From the NCBI GenBank assembly GCA_951406725.2, contig OX597837.1, forward strand, positions 2,170,001-2,234,000: DNA of 64,000 nucleotides, given 5' to 3'. The notes beneath the pieces were generated by a model. That model had not been told where the DNA came from and did not search any database. It saw nothing but the letters and a program-made list of their open reading frames with translations. Position 1 is the stretch's first letter. Each line of letters starts with the position of its first letter. The position numbers were made by a program, and so were the translations under genes. This DNA is from Octopus vulgaris. Lineage: Eukaryota. Positions 1 to 12,308 of the stretch are shown here, piece by piece.

Positions 1-27
1 ACGCCATGCATCCTCTTCCAGGTAAGT
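1..27 (+). other. Possible 3' end of an exon with consensus 5' splice donor (CAG|GTAAGT)
   Basis: ACGCCATGCATCCTCTTCCAG|GTAAGT is a perfect donor with GT at 22-23, followed by intron-like microsatellite DNA. Only 21 nt of exon are visible, so the product cannot be identified. Confidence 0.35.
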
Positions 28-1255
28 TTTATCTCTCTCTATATATATATATATTCTGACACACACATATATACATATAAATACATACATATATATATAT
101 ATGCACATATATATGTGTGTATATGCATATTATTTTATGATATATATGGAGTATTTTTCTATTGTATAGATGTCCCATGCATATTCTGAATTTCATATCT
201 ATATTTATCGTATATCAATATATTTTCTATATTTACACTGTATCACATTTTGCATATATTATATAAAATATATATCGACCCCGGTACTTGAGTGGTACTT
301 TATCTTATCAACCCACGATGATAATTATGTCGATGGCAACGACAATGATGATTATAATCATGAGGAGGGGAGGAGGGGAAGAGGAGGAAGAAGAGGAGGA
401 GGAGGAAACGATCATTCTTATGGCTCCGATGGTGATGGAGATGGTGAGAACGTGGGTTGGGAAGAAGATGAGAGGAAGAAGGGAGGACGTTGAGGAAGAA
501 GAGGACGTGAAAGACAAAGAGGAAGGAGATGGAGGTGGATGAAGAAAGAATAAAAATAAGGAACAGAAGAAGAAGAACAACAACAACAACAACAAGAATA
601 TGAACAAGAACAACAACAACAATACTTTAAACCGTTAAGCTTTCACATGTCTTTGTTTCTGTTGTTGGCGCTATTTTCGTTGTCGTCTTTGTCTGCTGCT
701 GCTGCTGCTGCTGTCGTTGTTGCTTCTGCTTCTGCCGCGCAGTTGTTGTTGTCGTTATTGTTGTTAATATCCCTGTTGTCTTATCGTCTGTTATCCCTCA
801 ATCTCTTATACGTCTTCACTGTCATATTTACTCTTCAATGTTTATCCTCCTTTATTGTTGTTATCGTTGCTGCTCCAACTCTTTTCATTTTTTATACATA
901 TTTGATTTTTTTTTTCCTTAAAATTTAATTTATTTTTGCTTCATCTTTATGATTTTTAATGTTCAGTCTTTTATATACAGAAATATCCCCCCCTCCTAAA
1001 ATATTTTATACAAAACTAGGTTATTGTTGTTGACGCTGATTTTGTTGATGCTGTTTACTATTTTCTTTCATCTCTCCAACTTCCACCATTTTCTTTTTCA
1101 ACTTCGTTCCATTTTTAGTTTGTTCTTCATGTCCTTGTTATCGTTCATTTCATTATTATGCTTGTATTTTATTTTATTTAACACCCACAATTTTGTAGTT
1201 TCATTTTCGCTTTGAAGATGGGAACCATTCCGACGGCGACAATAATAATAATAAC

Positions 1256-1310
<55 letters not shown>

Positions 1311-1659
1311 TTGTTACTGTTATTGCTGTCGTTGTTGTTCTTTCTGCTGGCTTTGGTTTTACTGTTGTTGTTGTTGTTGCTGTTGGTAGTTAATCCCAGT
1401 TAATCAGAGATGGATCCTGATCAGACAGTCTTATCTCAGAAGGAGTTCCAGCCGTGACAATACCGTCAGTTTATCATGAAGATGACGTCGTGAAGCTTTA
1501 GCAATATTAATTAATAATGATTAAAGGAATATTGATGATCAAACAGAATGAAAGAAACTCGGAGAAAAATTATGAAAGAAACCTTCATTAAAAACACATT
1601 AAACAAAGAAGGCCGTTGTACTTTTAATGTTTGTCTAACACCAAACCATACATACATAC

Positions 1660-1759
<100 letters not shown>

Positions 1760-2435
1760 GTATATGGGTGGGGGTGTAATTTTTAATCTAAAATGTCTTC
1801 ATTCAAATATTCTGACAGTGTCAAGAAATCTTTGAAAAACCGTTTATATATCAGTGTGTGACAAGATATAGATGGAGAGTGGGGGGGGGGGGAGATGTGC
1901 GCAAGTGCGTTTGTGTGTGTGTATACATATACAAAATAAAGTTATTTTTTTCCACACGGGTAGAAATATAAAGAAAATAGGTGTTGAAACTGCACTGAGA
2001 AACATTGAAATATACTTTTATTATTATTATATTTAAAGATTTAACGGGTTTCAAAGTTTACACTGATTTTGAAAAAGTTTAAATAAAAAGACACGGTTTA
2101 TGTCGCAACTGTCTTGCTTCTAACTAATGTTTGAAACTTGCCCTATTTTATTAGGGAGCTCATGGCTCATATTAGTATATGCTTTGAATAGGGTTTAGTC
2201 ACATGACTGGTCTTAGAAATGTTTGTAGGTTCGCCGCTACGTCTGAGTGTTAGTATCAAGTGACAATGTTTGGTGCCGTAAGTTAAGGCTGACACGGTTG
2301 ACTGAACATTTGGCAGTACCAAACAATCAATGCTCTGAATGTTTTCTGTATATACACACCTATACTCTTTTATTCTTTTACATGTGTCAGCGCTAAGGCT
2401 GTGGCCATGCTGGAGCACGTATGTATATTCATTAA

Positions 2436-2660
2436 ATGAAGGTGCGTCGCTTAGTAGTTAGCGTGTTGCACTTTCGATTGCTAGACCGTGGGTTTCGATT
2501 CCTGGACCGATCGACTCGTAGTATTTTTAATCGAACACTTCGTTTCACGCTGCCCCAGTCCACGCAGCCGTAAATGGGTCACTCTGTAACACTGTAGCCT
2601 TCCGAACTGGGGAGGGGTGGATCTTTGCCTGCTCGCCTAGCCAAAGCTAAGATAAACGAT
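2436..2660 (+). mobile_element. Decayed tRNA-derived SINE (same family as 7568-7890)
   Basis: Head TGAAGGTGCGTCGCTTAGTAGTTAG with B-box-like GTTTCGATTCC; homologous to the start of the 7568 copy. Confidence 0.5.
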
Positions 2661-2757
2661 GCTATAGTCGATCTTGTGGTATATATTTATTCAATATATA
2701 TGCACATACATACACACACACATATATATGCATGTATATGTGTGTATGATTATATAT

Positions 2758-2851
2758 ATAATCCTTCGCAATATCGCGGCTCACCTACCGCGGTTTATTA
2801 AGCTTACGTCGATTCCTCCGTGGTGTTGTTTTGCAGTTATGATAAAACTAG

Positions 2852-2852
<1 letters not shown>
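2758..2852 (+). mobile_element. Left-end fragment of Tigger/pogo-like MITE
   Basis: TAATCCTTCGCAATATCGCGG...AAGCTTACGTCGATTCCTCCGTGGTGTTGTTTTGCA aligns with 16319-16410. Confidence 0.55.
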
Positions 2853-2903
<51 letters not shown>

Positions 2904-2909
<6 letters not shown>

Positions 2910-3651
2910 AATATGAGGATAAAATTCTTTTCGAAAAAAATATTTTCTCGAAAAAAATTTTAGTATATTAAAAAATACCTTTAACGGTTAAATTTATAAA
3001 CAATTCATAAATGAGGGCAGAGGAGAAAATTTCTAATGCCAAATATGCCGAAAAATTGGACATATTGTCCATTAACCATATAATGTTTTCAACAATACGC
3101 ACGCTACCCGAAAAAAGGTCGACAGAATTTTCTAAAAAATTTATGAATTGTTTATAAATTTAACCGTTAAAGGTATTTTTTAATATGCTGGCCATTGATA
3201 AAAATTTTTTCGAGAAAATATTTTTTTTCGAAAAGAATTTTATCCTCACATTTGATATAAATTTAAGCGTTCACTTCCGAACTAACTAACTCACTCTGTG
3301 AGAGTCTCAGTTCAAATCGCACGTGCCTCGAATGGGCTGGAGTATTTCTATTTTGGATGTATTTGGGGTACTTGGTTGTGCCCATGACTTAGTATTTGCT
3401 TCTTCCATGGTACGAGTAAGTATCTCATTTATTTCTTTTGCCACATATATCACTGACGAAAAGAGGGCTCTTAGTAGCTAACTCTGAAATCGGTCCGATA
3501 TGGTAATAATGGAATTTTTTAGAAATTTCTGTCGACCTTTTTTCGAGTAGCGTGCGTTTTGTGAAAAAATTATATGGTTAATGGACAGTATGTCCAATTT
3601 TTCGGCATATTTGGCATTAGAAATTTTCTCCTCTGCCCTCATTTATGAATT
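2904..3651 (+). mobile_element. Non-autonomous Penelope-like (pLTR/retrozyme-like) element with interleaved inverted repeats, inserted in (TA)n
   Basis: 2904-3012 is the reverse complement of 3139-3258, and 3002-3140 is the reverse complement of 3514-3651. Contains a hammerhead motif. (TA)n on both sides. Confidence 0.7.
3447..3507 (+). ncRNA. Type I hammerhead ribozyme motif
   Basis: TATCA-CTGACGA-(aa)AGAG...CTCT-GAAA-TCG-gtc-CGA-T-A-TGGTA. Stem I TATCA/TGGTA, stem II AGAG/CTCT, stem III ATCG/CGAT, AUA cleavage triplet after 3500. Confidence 0.65.
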
Positions 3652-3652
3652 A

Positions 3653-3735
<83 letters not shown>

Positions 3736-3736
<1 letters not shown>

Positions 3737-3910
3737 GGTAAGTAGCTTGATTACCAACCACATTGTTCCGGGTTCTCATCCTACAGCGTGGCACCTTGGG
3801 CAGGTGTCTTCTACTATAGCCTCGAGCTGACCAAAGTCTTGTAAGTGGATTTGGTAGACGTAAACTGAAGGAAGCCTGTCGTATATATGTGTGTGCGTGT
3901 GTGTGTGCCC
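3736..3910 (+). mobile_element. tRNA-derived SINE family A, 5' half
   Basis: TGGTAAGTAGCTTG...ACCAACCACA...GTTCCGGGTTC...CACCTTGGGCAGGTGTCTTCTACTATAGCC matches the 49451 copy. Confidence 0.75.
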
Positions 3911-4240
3911 TTGAGTATGTTTATGTATAAATATATACATATATTTCTACGTTTATGCATACGTTCTTTAAAGCTTTGACATTCTATCACCGAAGTAGCA
4001 GAGATAGCCATTCGGTCAATTTGGATGAGAGGGGAAAGCTAATGGTTTACTGCTTCGGGGATGCAAGCTGTGATTTGATTAACCCCTGGCTGGGTCAACT
4101 GGATGAAGGGTTTTTAATGTTGAATGACCCGAAACACCCTGAGACCACAGAAACATTACTTTCGATGCATTTCAGGACATCAACAAAACGGATCTTAAGA
4201 CTATGTGATATGTGTGTGTGCGTGCGTTCATGTGTGTGTA

Positions 4241-4282
<42 letters not shown>

Positions 4283-5115
4283 CACATGTATATACGCCAC
4301 GTATATAAATCTCCCATGAACGACTGATACGTTCGAGTTGTGCTCCGTTCAGTCTTGGTTCAGCCGGGCTAATAAGGAAATACGCTCCAACCATGACCAT
4401 TCCGCTTTACTACGATATATACCTAGAATTCTGTAGTCACAAATCTCCGGCATGATGTTAATTTAAGGGTGTTTGGCTGCTATTTACGCAGATTGACGGA
4501 TTCTGCACAAGCCCTCCCACTCTACTTTTCGAAGAGATGGAGACCATGGAAACACCCTGCCGCACGATTCCAACTGAAGACATCAACCCAACCAGGGTGC
4601 GATTCATTTAATGTAACCATTCACATCTCTCTCCTCTTCTTTCTCTTCTTTTCTTCATCTCTCCCTCTTTCCCCTTCTTTCTCTCCTTTACTTCATCTCT
4701 CCCTCTTTTTCGCTCTTTCTCTATCTCTCTCCCTCCATTTCTTCTTCTCTGCAACCTTTCTATATTCTATTATTCTTTCTCTGAATCTCTCTACATCATT
4801 CACGTCGTCTTCCTTGTTCCTCTTCATCGTTCCTTATCTCTTTATTTCGCTCTTAATCAACCCTTCTTCCATCTCACTCTTTCTTTTTTTTTTTGTCCTC
4901 TCTCTCTCTGTCTTTCTCTCTCCTTCTCTTCCCCCACTCTCTCTCCTCTCTCGCCTTTCTCTCTCTCATTCCCTCCCTTTCTGTTTCAACATTTCTTTCT
5001 ATTGTCATACTACTCTTCCTGTTTCTCTCTATCTGTCTTTCAACATCTATACGTATCTCGCACCACCATTCTCTACCTCACTCTCTATATCATACGCTTT
5101 CCCTTTCTTTCCACC

Positions 5116-5161
<46 letters not shown>

Positions 5162-6503
5162 CCTTCACACCATACAAGGCAAGTATCGTTAAAATCTCCA
5201 CTATTTGCGAAATAATGACTAGCACGCTCGGTTATTCACGACTGGTTCTCTTTCTAAACATTATCTCCACGTGAATCTTGTCTTGGATAATCTTCCAACA
5301 GGCTTTACACAGCTGCCGTATGTTGCAGAAACTCTGGGGACAATTATTAATACATACACAAGCAAATGTGTACGTATATATATACGTATATTAATGTATA
5401 CTGTGTAATTGTGTGCGTTTGTAAACACACACATTCACATATATACATATATGCATACATACATACACATACTTACACAAATACATATATACATACGCAC
5501 ATACATACATAGGTTCATAGATACATACATGCACACACATACACATGCACATACATATATACACACATATATATTCGCTTAGTGTGAATTCAGTTGAAAG
5601 AGGAAAGCACACTTGATAGTATAAAATGGATTTTTTTTTAAACAGGGTTGCAATTCTGAATTTTGTGTGTAGGTGCACAGAGTTTTCGAGCAAGTTACGA
5701 TTGGTCTGAGGACCCTGTGTACCAGCAGGTGGAACTCATAACAGAAACAGAATACGTATCTATAATGATATAGTCCATTATTGATAATACATCGTACAAA
5801 AAGTTTCGTGTTTCGATATTAAATCATGCAGACCAAGCATCAGACGAACGAACGATAAATTCAGAGGATTCATAAAATATCGAGATATATGAAAGCAATA
5901 TTTTCCTAAGATGTCTTATGAATCAGATAATTTGTCGTTTGATGATTTTTGTCAAAATCTTAGTAGAAAACGTTAAGTAACAATGTATTGCCAATAGAGG
6001 ACTCGACTTTTTCAAATATATTTTACTCTCCTACACAGAGCAAGTTCTCTAATATCGTTTGTTTGTGTAAATGCCCATGTTTCATATATGTATATACATA
6101 TACACACGCATTATACCTAATACGTGTAGATTTATGGTAAAAATGAATTCCTCGCTCTTTCGGAAACATCAATCTTCTGTATTGACCGCTTTCCACCACT
6201 TTGATCTGTTTTTTGTATTGAATACGTATCGCCACCGTGGGCCACTGCATCGAACACTTTGAACATATACTTCAAACTATATATCAACTATACATGAACT
6301 ATATATCAACTATACATGAACTCTAAGATGTCTGACTCCGTTGTGTATTATAAATGAATTTCTTGTGTTTGACGGCATGAGCTGTCTTTTTTTATATATA
6401 ACTTTTTTTGATAAGGTTCATTTCAGGAACTGAAACATGTTATAATGTATATATAAAAATTAAAAATTGTATAATACAGCAGCATTTTCGAACTTCATTT
6501 TTT

Positions 6504-6551
<48 letters not shown>

Positions 6552-6554
<3 letters not shown>

Positions 6555-6955
6555 GGTGGATGGGTGCGTATGTAGGTAGTTAGAGGTGATGTACAGATTT
6601 TGTATATTAGAGAAACTGTTCGACTCATTTTCTCTGACGCCATAACTACTTCTATTATTCAGAAGATGATCTTGAAGTGGTTTGAGAAAAGCAGGTCAAT
6701 CCAACTTTTCTTGTCATTTGGGTGGTGATATCGTCTTCAGGAATTTGTGCATTCCATATTCAACGAGAGACGACGAATAGTGATCGTTACCTGGCGGTGT
6801 TTGAAAGAATCCTCTGGCCGCATTTTCGATACCGTCATTCCAAAATCTTTGTGCAAGATGGAGAACCTCCTCATTATGACAAACGTGTAAGAAACGTCAT
6901 CGATCAGCACCTACAAAATCACTGGATTTTCAAAAACAAATTTTGACCTACCCTG
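6552..6955 (+). mobile_element. Internally deleted Tc1/mariner element
   Basis: Termini CAGGGTGG...CTACCCTG in a TA-rich context. ORF 6722-6946 contains FVQDGEPPHY..VR...L.NHWI, the second-aspartate region of a DDxD transposase. Confidence 0.7.
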
Positions 6956-7328
6956 AATATATATATATATATGTATGTATGTATGTGTGTGTAAGATATG
7001 TTATAATTATAAACAGGGCAATTTTTAACCATTTCTCCGCAGACTGAAAAAAAAGTGGTGAACAACTTTAATCGATTTTCAAACCTTATTGGGTTCTTCT
7101 CAGAGGCGTCTGACAGTCTCCAGAGAAAGGAGCAGCCAAACTGTTTATATACTCAACAAACGCTGCAGTTACTCTGTGAAGGAGTTCCTAATTTGCATAC
7201 AGAAAGTGTTTAACACTCTATAAATACCAGCGGCCTGTCAACGAGGATCTTAGTCCACACAGTATCAAGGTACGATATAATATATACGTAACGTATGTAC
7301 GTATATATGTAATACATACATACATACA

Positions 7329-7395
<67 letters not shown>

Positions 7396-7567
7396 TACAT
7401 ACATATATACATACATACATACATACATGCATACATACATACATGCATACATACACACACATTTATATATTATACATATGTACATATAAAAACACATTCT
7501 ATAATATTGAAGATACGGATATGCACATGTATGCATGTATGCATGTATGTATGTATCTATGTATATA

Positions 7568-7890
7568 GTGAAGGCGTATGGCTTAGTGGTTATGGTATTC
7601 GGTTCACGATCGTTAGGTCATGAGTTCGATTCGCGACAGCGCCTTGCGTGCTTCAGTCAAGACACTTTATTTTCCGTTGTTCTCGTCCATTCAGGTGACA
7701 AAATTGAGTTGTACTTTTATTTCAAAGCGACATCCTTGCAACGTTCCGTCTCACGCTGAATATCCATCAGAACTACGTGAAGGTCACGCGTGTCTGTGGA
7801 GTGCTCACTCACTTGCCCACTGGTTTCACGAGCAGGCTGTTCCGTTGATCGGATCAACTGGAACCTTAGTCGTCGTAACCGACGGAGCGC
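7568..7890 (+). mobile_element. tRNA-derived SINE (V-domain-like body)
   Basis: A box TGGCTTAGTGG and B box GTTCGATTC, followed by CAAGACACTTTATT...TCCATTCAGGTG. Confidence 0.6.
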
Positions 7891-8554
7891 AAAACTATAT
7901 CCGTAAGTATATTTTATACATTCCGTCAACATAAGAACCAAGTACTGAGTCATAGGCGCACAGCTATTTATTATATTGTCATAAATCCGGAGAAATTATC
8001 ATGGAATGGGGGTAGACTTCACCCTTCACTATCCAAGGACAGTAATGTCAACATCATTCATTCACCAAAAGCAAGGCACGTAGGAATGGCCGTTGAAAAT
8101 GTGATGATACTGGAGGTGCCACCAGCGTGGCCTCAGCGTATAGACAGAAACACATAAAACAATAAAAAGTTTATTAACCCTTTTCTTACCCTTCAACACC
8201 ATTCTCACTTCATCTTTTCCCGTCACTTCATTCTTTGATTTGTCTTATTCCACTACCCTTTCGCTCTTCCTTCTTACAATGTTTCTACCAATTCTTGTTC
8301 ACGTAAGAATCTCTCGCGATCTTGTATTCCTTACCAGTGACAAGCTGTTCGAACTCAGAGGATGTAAAACTCTGCAGTTTCTTTTATTTCTCTCCTTTCT
8401 GCTTCTCCTTGACGAATGGCCCCTGTGCGAAACGTTGGACCTTCCACTCCTCGCAAGCTCACTGTAACCTTTTTAACCCCGATTTTTACTATCTAATATA
8501 CATCTTGGCCACGAAACTTGAAATTACATGAAACCTAATCAAACTGTTATCAAA

Positions 8555-8600
<46 letters not shown>

Positions 8601-8689
8601 GCATATATACATATATATATAATAGTCACGCAAGCACACACAGACACACTTACATACATACATACACACATACATACTTACATATATGT

Positions 8690-9940
8690 GAGTATGATAG
8701 CCATAAATACCAGAGTGTCATGTTCGTTGACACCACCCCTGGAGGTGAACTAGCGTACCGCTTTAGAAGGACCCTAGATAAACTTAAACTAAGAATTAAG
8801 GTTGTTGAAAAGCCAGGCAACCCTATCAGATCTATAATTGGTAGAACCTATCCTTTTAGTAGAACTCTCTGTACGGATAACTATTGCACTGCATGTAGAT
8901 TTAGCCCACAAACGAACTGTAAAGCCAGAAATGTGGTCTATAGTATAAGATGTATAGAGGGAAGATGCAGTAACAAGACAGTAACATACGTAGGGGAAAC
9001 TGCAAGAAGCATTGGTGAGCGGGTGAATGAACATTGGAGACAACTCAAGGAAGGTAAAAGCTCATCGATTCTGTACCAACACGCCGAACAAGAACACGGG
9101 GGATCAATCAATAACATAGAGATTAAGATATTGTCCACACATAGAACAGATGCAACAATTAGACAAATTACAGAAGCTACACATATAATAGAAAATAAAC
9201 CTAGCCTGAATAGAAAACTAGAATGGAGCAATAGCGCACACCACAACATATGACAATAGTGGATCCTGCAAACATAATAAATACACAGGTAATTAAAGAA
9301 ATAGAAATGAATATCTATGTGTATGTATATGTGTATATATGTGTATATGTATATGTGTATATGTGTGTGTATATATGTATATATATATATGTATATGTAT
9401 ATGTATGTATATATATATATATGTATATGTATATTCTTTTTTTTTTCTTTTTTTTTTTTTCTCGATTAGATTTATTATTATTATTACTAATATTGTTGTT
9501 ATACATACATACAAGCATATGTAATGATAATAATGGGTGGATGTAAACACATGAACAAAATTAGAACAAAAGCAACAACAACAAAAACAAAATACAAATT
9601 ACAAGAATGTATATAACCAGAAGATACAAATATTACAGACATCCCCCCCCCACACACTAAATAAACATAGACGCACATAGAGATATAAGCATGCGCAAAT
9701 GAAGACATACAATAGAAATACAAAATGGCTGACGGTTAGTAAGGAGAGACACAAGTAAGTGAGAAGAAAACAAAGGACCACTGATGCGGTCACAGGAGTG
9801 TGACGAAAGAACTTTGGCCGAAATAAGATTAAGATTAATGTAAAAAATAAATATCACTGAAGCAAAATAACACCAAATATATAGTGCGTGTGTTTTTATT
9901 GGCTAAACTGGCAATATGACCATTCCGAAATATAACAATA
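8690..9940 (+). mobile_element. 5'-truncated Penelope-like retroelement: linker + GIY-YIG endonuclease ORF (8720-9253), 3' pLTR with hammerhead
   Basis: Protein has a Cys-rich linker (CTDNYCTAC...NC) and NVVYSIRC..C...[16 protein letters not shown]...H...H, then RQITEATHI...PSLN. A hammerhead lies downstream and the element ends at (TA)n. Confidence 0.9.
9775..9819 (+). ncRNA. Minimal type I hammerhead ribozyme motif (A9 substituted) in the Penelope 3' region
   Basis: GGACCA-CTGATGC-G-GTCACA-ggag-TGTGAC-GAAA-GAAC-T-T-TGGCC. Perfect 6-bp stem II and vestigial stem III. Confidence 0.6.
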
Positions 9941-9976
9941 TATATATATGTATATATATATATATGTATATGTATA

Positions 9977-10040
<64 letters not shown>

Positions 10041-10043
<3 letters not shown>

Positions 10044-10240
10044 AGAGTTTACGAAAAAAACAAAAGACGAAGACAGGTGATGTACAAAACAAACAGGTGT
10101 ATTAGTATAACGCTCAGGAATAGAAAAAAGTCTTTTACGTTTCGAGCCTTCGCTCCTCTACAGAAAGGGACACAGAAAAACAAGGAGAGAAACAAGGAGA
10201 GAAAAAAATGTGTGTAGTGGCTAACGATCTATCATGGTGA
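10041..10240 (-). mobile_element. Short Penelope-pLTR-like repeat carrying a minimal hammerhead (other copies at 36783 and 54550)
   Basis: Abuts (TA)n and is homologous to 36783-36982 and 54550-54643. Minus strand at 10130-10170 reads GTCCCTTT-CTGTAGA-G-GAGC-gaag-GCTC-GAAA-CG-T-A-AAAGAC. Confidence 0.65.
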
Positions 10241-11244
10241 TTATATCTTTGAATGCAGATTAGGTCGAATATTACTTCACTCTGTAATAAATTTTAAGAT
10301 ACCGAGTGGAGGTATGGTAGATGGGGTGTGCGCGCGTTCGCGTGTGTTTTTGCCTTCAGAAATAGAATTCCGATACTGTTTATCAAATTCTGAATCTACA
10401 CAGTAACAATCGCTATCCTTCAATGTCGACACTGAGGAATTCCGTGTTCTTCAATACATTCGATGCTATAGCAACAGAAATTTCTGGAAACGTTGGATCA
10501 GATGGTATATGTAGATATACATTATTCTCCTGATACCCCGGGTGAGGAGGGTGGAAACCAATGGGGAAACGTAAGAAACTGATAAAAAGATTTTTTCAAA
10601 AATGTTTCTTTGTCACAAGAAGCACAAACATATTGAAATTAGAGTTTTGTATTTTTAGTTGAATATTTCACATTTTTTAAACTAAAAGAAGAAAAATTTC
10701 CATGAAAATTCTTACTCAACAAACTTGCTATTGTAATTCAGTAGTAGTAGTAGTAGAAGTAGTAGTAGTAGTAGTACTTGTTGTTAGTCGTCGTTGTTGT
10801 TGTTGATGTTACAGAATCTTGCCTGTTCCGAATAGTTCCCACATGTACCATCTCCAAGGTAACGCAAACGACCATTAACTATGATGTTTCTCAAAATCTT
10901 ATATTCTTCTTCTGTCCTCAATAACCAACAGGAATTACGTGAGCCGCTCTCCGTAGTGTCATTCCGCTGACAGCACTGAGTCCACCTTTTATGTAATCGA
11001 TTTATTTTGATTTTATCGCTAGTTTATTTTTTTTATTTTTTGCTATGGGTAAAACTTTAAACTCCCGCCAGAAGTTCAGGAGTTGCGGGGAGTATGGGCT
11101 TAGTAAAGGGTACCCCCTCAAAAAAAAAAAAAAACAGAACCCATAAAAATTTTATTAAATCCTACAAAGTTCCAACAAATTTCTTGAAATTTGCTGGACT
11201 TAAACTTTGATTTGTGTAGAATAATTCCTTTTGCATAAAAGTCA

Positions 11245-11610
11245 TATTCTTTTTAAAATATGCTCCAAATGGCCTCTGCGGCGTTCGAGGCACACTTGCA
11301 TACGTCTCTCAAAATTATCAATTACTTGAACACATTCCTCTTTGGGTATTTCCTTGATTTCTGCTGTGATTTCTGCCTTCAGTTCACCAATCATTTGAGG
11401 GTTGTTCGGGTAAACATTACCCTTGAGATACCCCCTTCGATAAAAATCTGGTGGTTTAAGTCCAGTGAATACGGTGCCCAGTCAACGTCACACTTCCTGC
11501 TGATCAATCTCTCCTGAAATTGCTCTCTCAGCCAGGCTGGGGAGTCATTTGATGCGTGAGTGGTGGCCCCGTCTTACTGGGACCACTGTTCATCTCGATC
11601 TATCTCTCTG
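11245..11610 (-). mobile_element. Tc1/mariner transposase C-terminal relic (DD41D-like spacing)
   Basis: Minus strand reads Q*DGATTHASN...WLREQFQERLISRKCDVDWAPYSLDL/PPDFY/GYLKGNVYPNNPQMIGELKAEITAEIKEIP...NFERRMQVCLERRRGHLEHIL. About 41 residues separate D2 and D3 after frameshift correction. Confidence 0.8.
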
Positions 11611-12076
11611 CGTCGTTTTATTCAAACAGCTTTATTCAAGGTTCTGTTTTTGGGGAAGCGTTCACCTTGTACTTAGCTACTGCTACTACTACTACTCTCT
11701 GGCTTGAGATGGAAGTACTCCTTAAGGACCTCAGTTAGGGGGTCAAATAGAACCTAATGGTCCTGTAGTTAAGAGACACAGTACTCGGAAGTGGGTTGGC
11801 TCTTTGGCATGTTACACAGGTCCATCAATGTGTGGACATGTCCCGACTTCATGTGAACCTGTCCCCTTGTCTAAGGGTTAGATAAACGCTGTCCCTCAAG
11901 TGTAAACTTGGGAGGGTGGGAGGCTAGCAGAAAAAACTCAGAAGGATACAGGCAACCACTGCTGTATATTTCCACAGATAAATTATGAGTCTTCAGAGTT
12001 TGTCATTAAGTTCCATGACCATTGATGCTCTTATCCTTGGCATCTGAAGAGAGAGGCGGGGTATAGGTATATATTG

Positions 12077-12308
12077 GTCTCAAATTTTGGTAAAGGCCAA
12101 GTAATTTCTTTGTCGTCGTCGGAGAAGGAGGAGGAGGAGGAGTTAAATCGATTACATCGACCCCACTGTTCAGCTGGTGCTTATTTCATCGAACTCGAAA
12201 TGGTGTGAAAGGGCAAAGTCGACCTCGGCCGAATTTGAACTTAGAAGGTTAAGACGGACGAAATGTCGCTAAGCCTTTCGCCCAGCGCGCTAACAATTCT
12301 GTCAGCTC
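12077..12308 (-). mobile_element. tRNA-derived SINE family B (Meta-domain-like body)
   Basis: Plus strand reads GATTACATCGACCCC...GGCAAAGTCGACCTCGGCCGAATTTGAAC...GCTAACAATTCTGTCAGCTC. Same family as 35870, 36096, 44215 and 60236. Confidence 0.75.

Noticed and set aside
5700-5745. CTGAGGA-CCCTG...CAGG-T-GGAA hammerhead-like match
   Set aside because: No GAAA core and no stem I pairing.
8405-8440. Hammerhead-like TCC-TTGACGA...GAAA-CG-T-T-GGA
   Set aside because: C3 is mutated and stem II does not pair; it may be a decayed relic but cannot be supported alone.
10524-10578. Hammerhead-like TTCTC-CTGATA-CCCC...GGG-GAAA-CG-T-A-AGAA
   Set aside because: The core lacks G8 and stem I is out of register; too degenerate to call.
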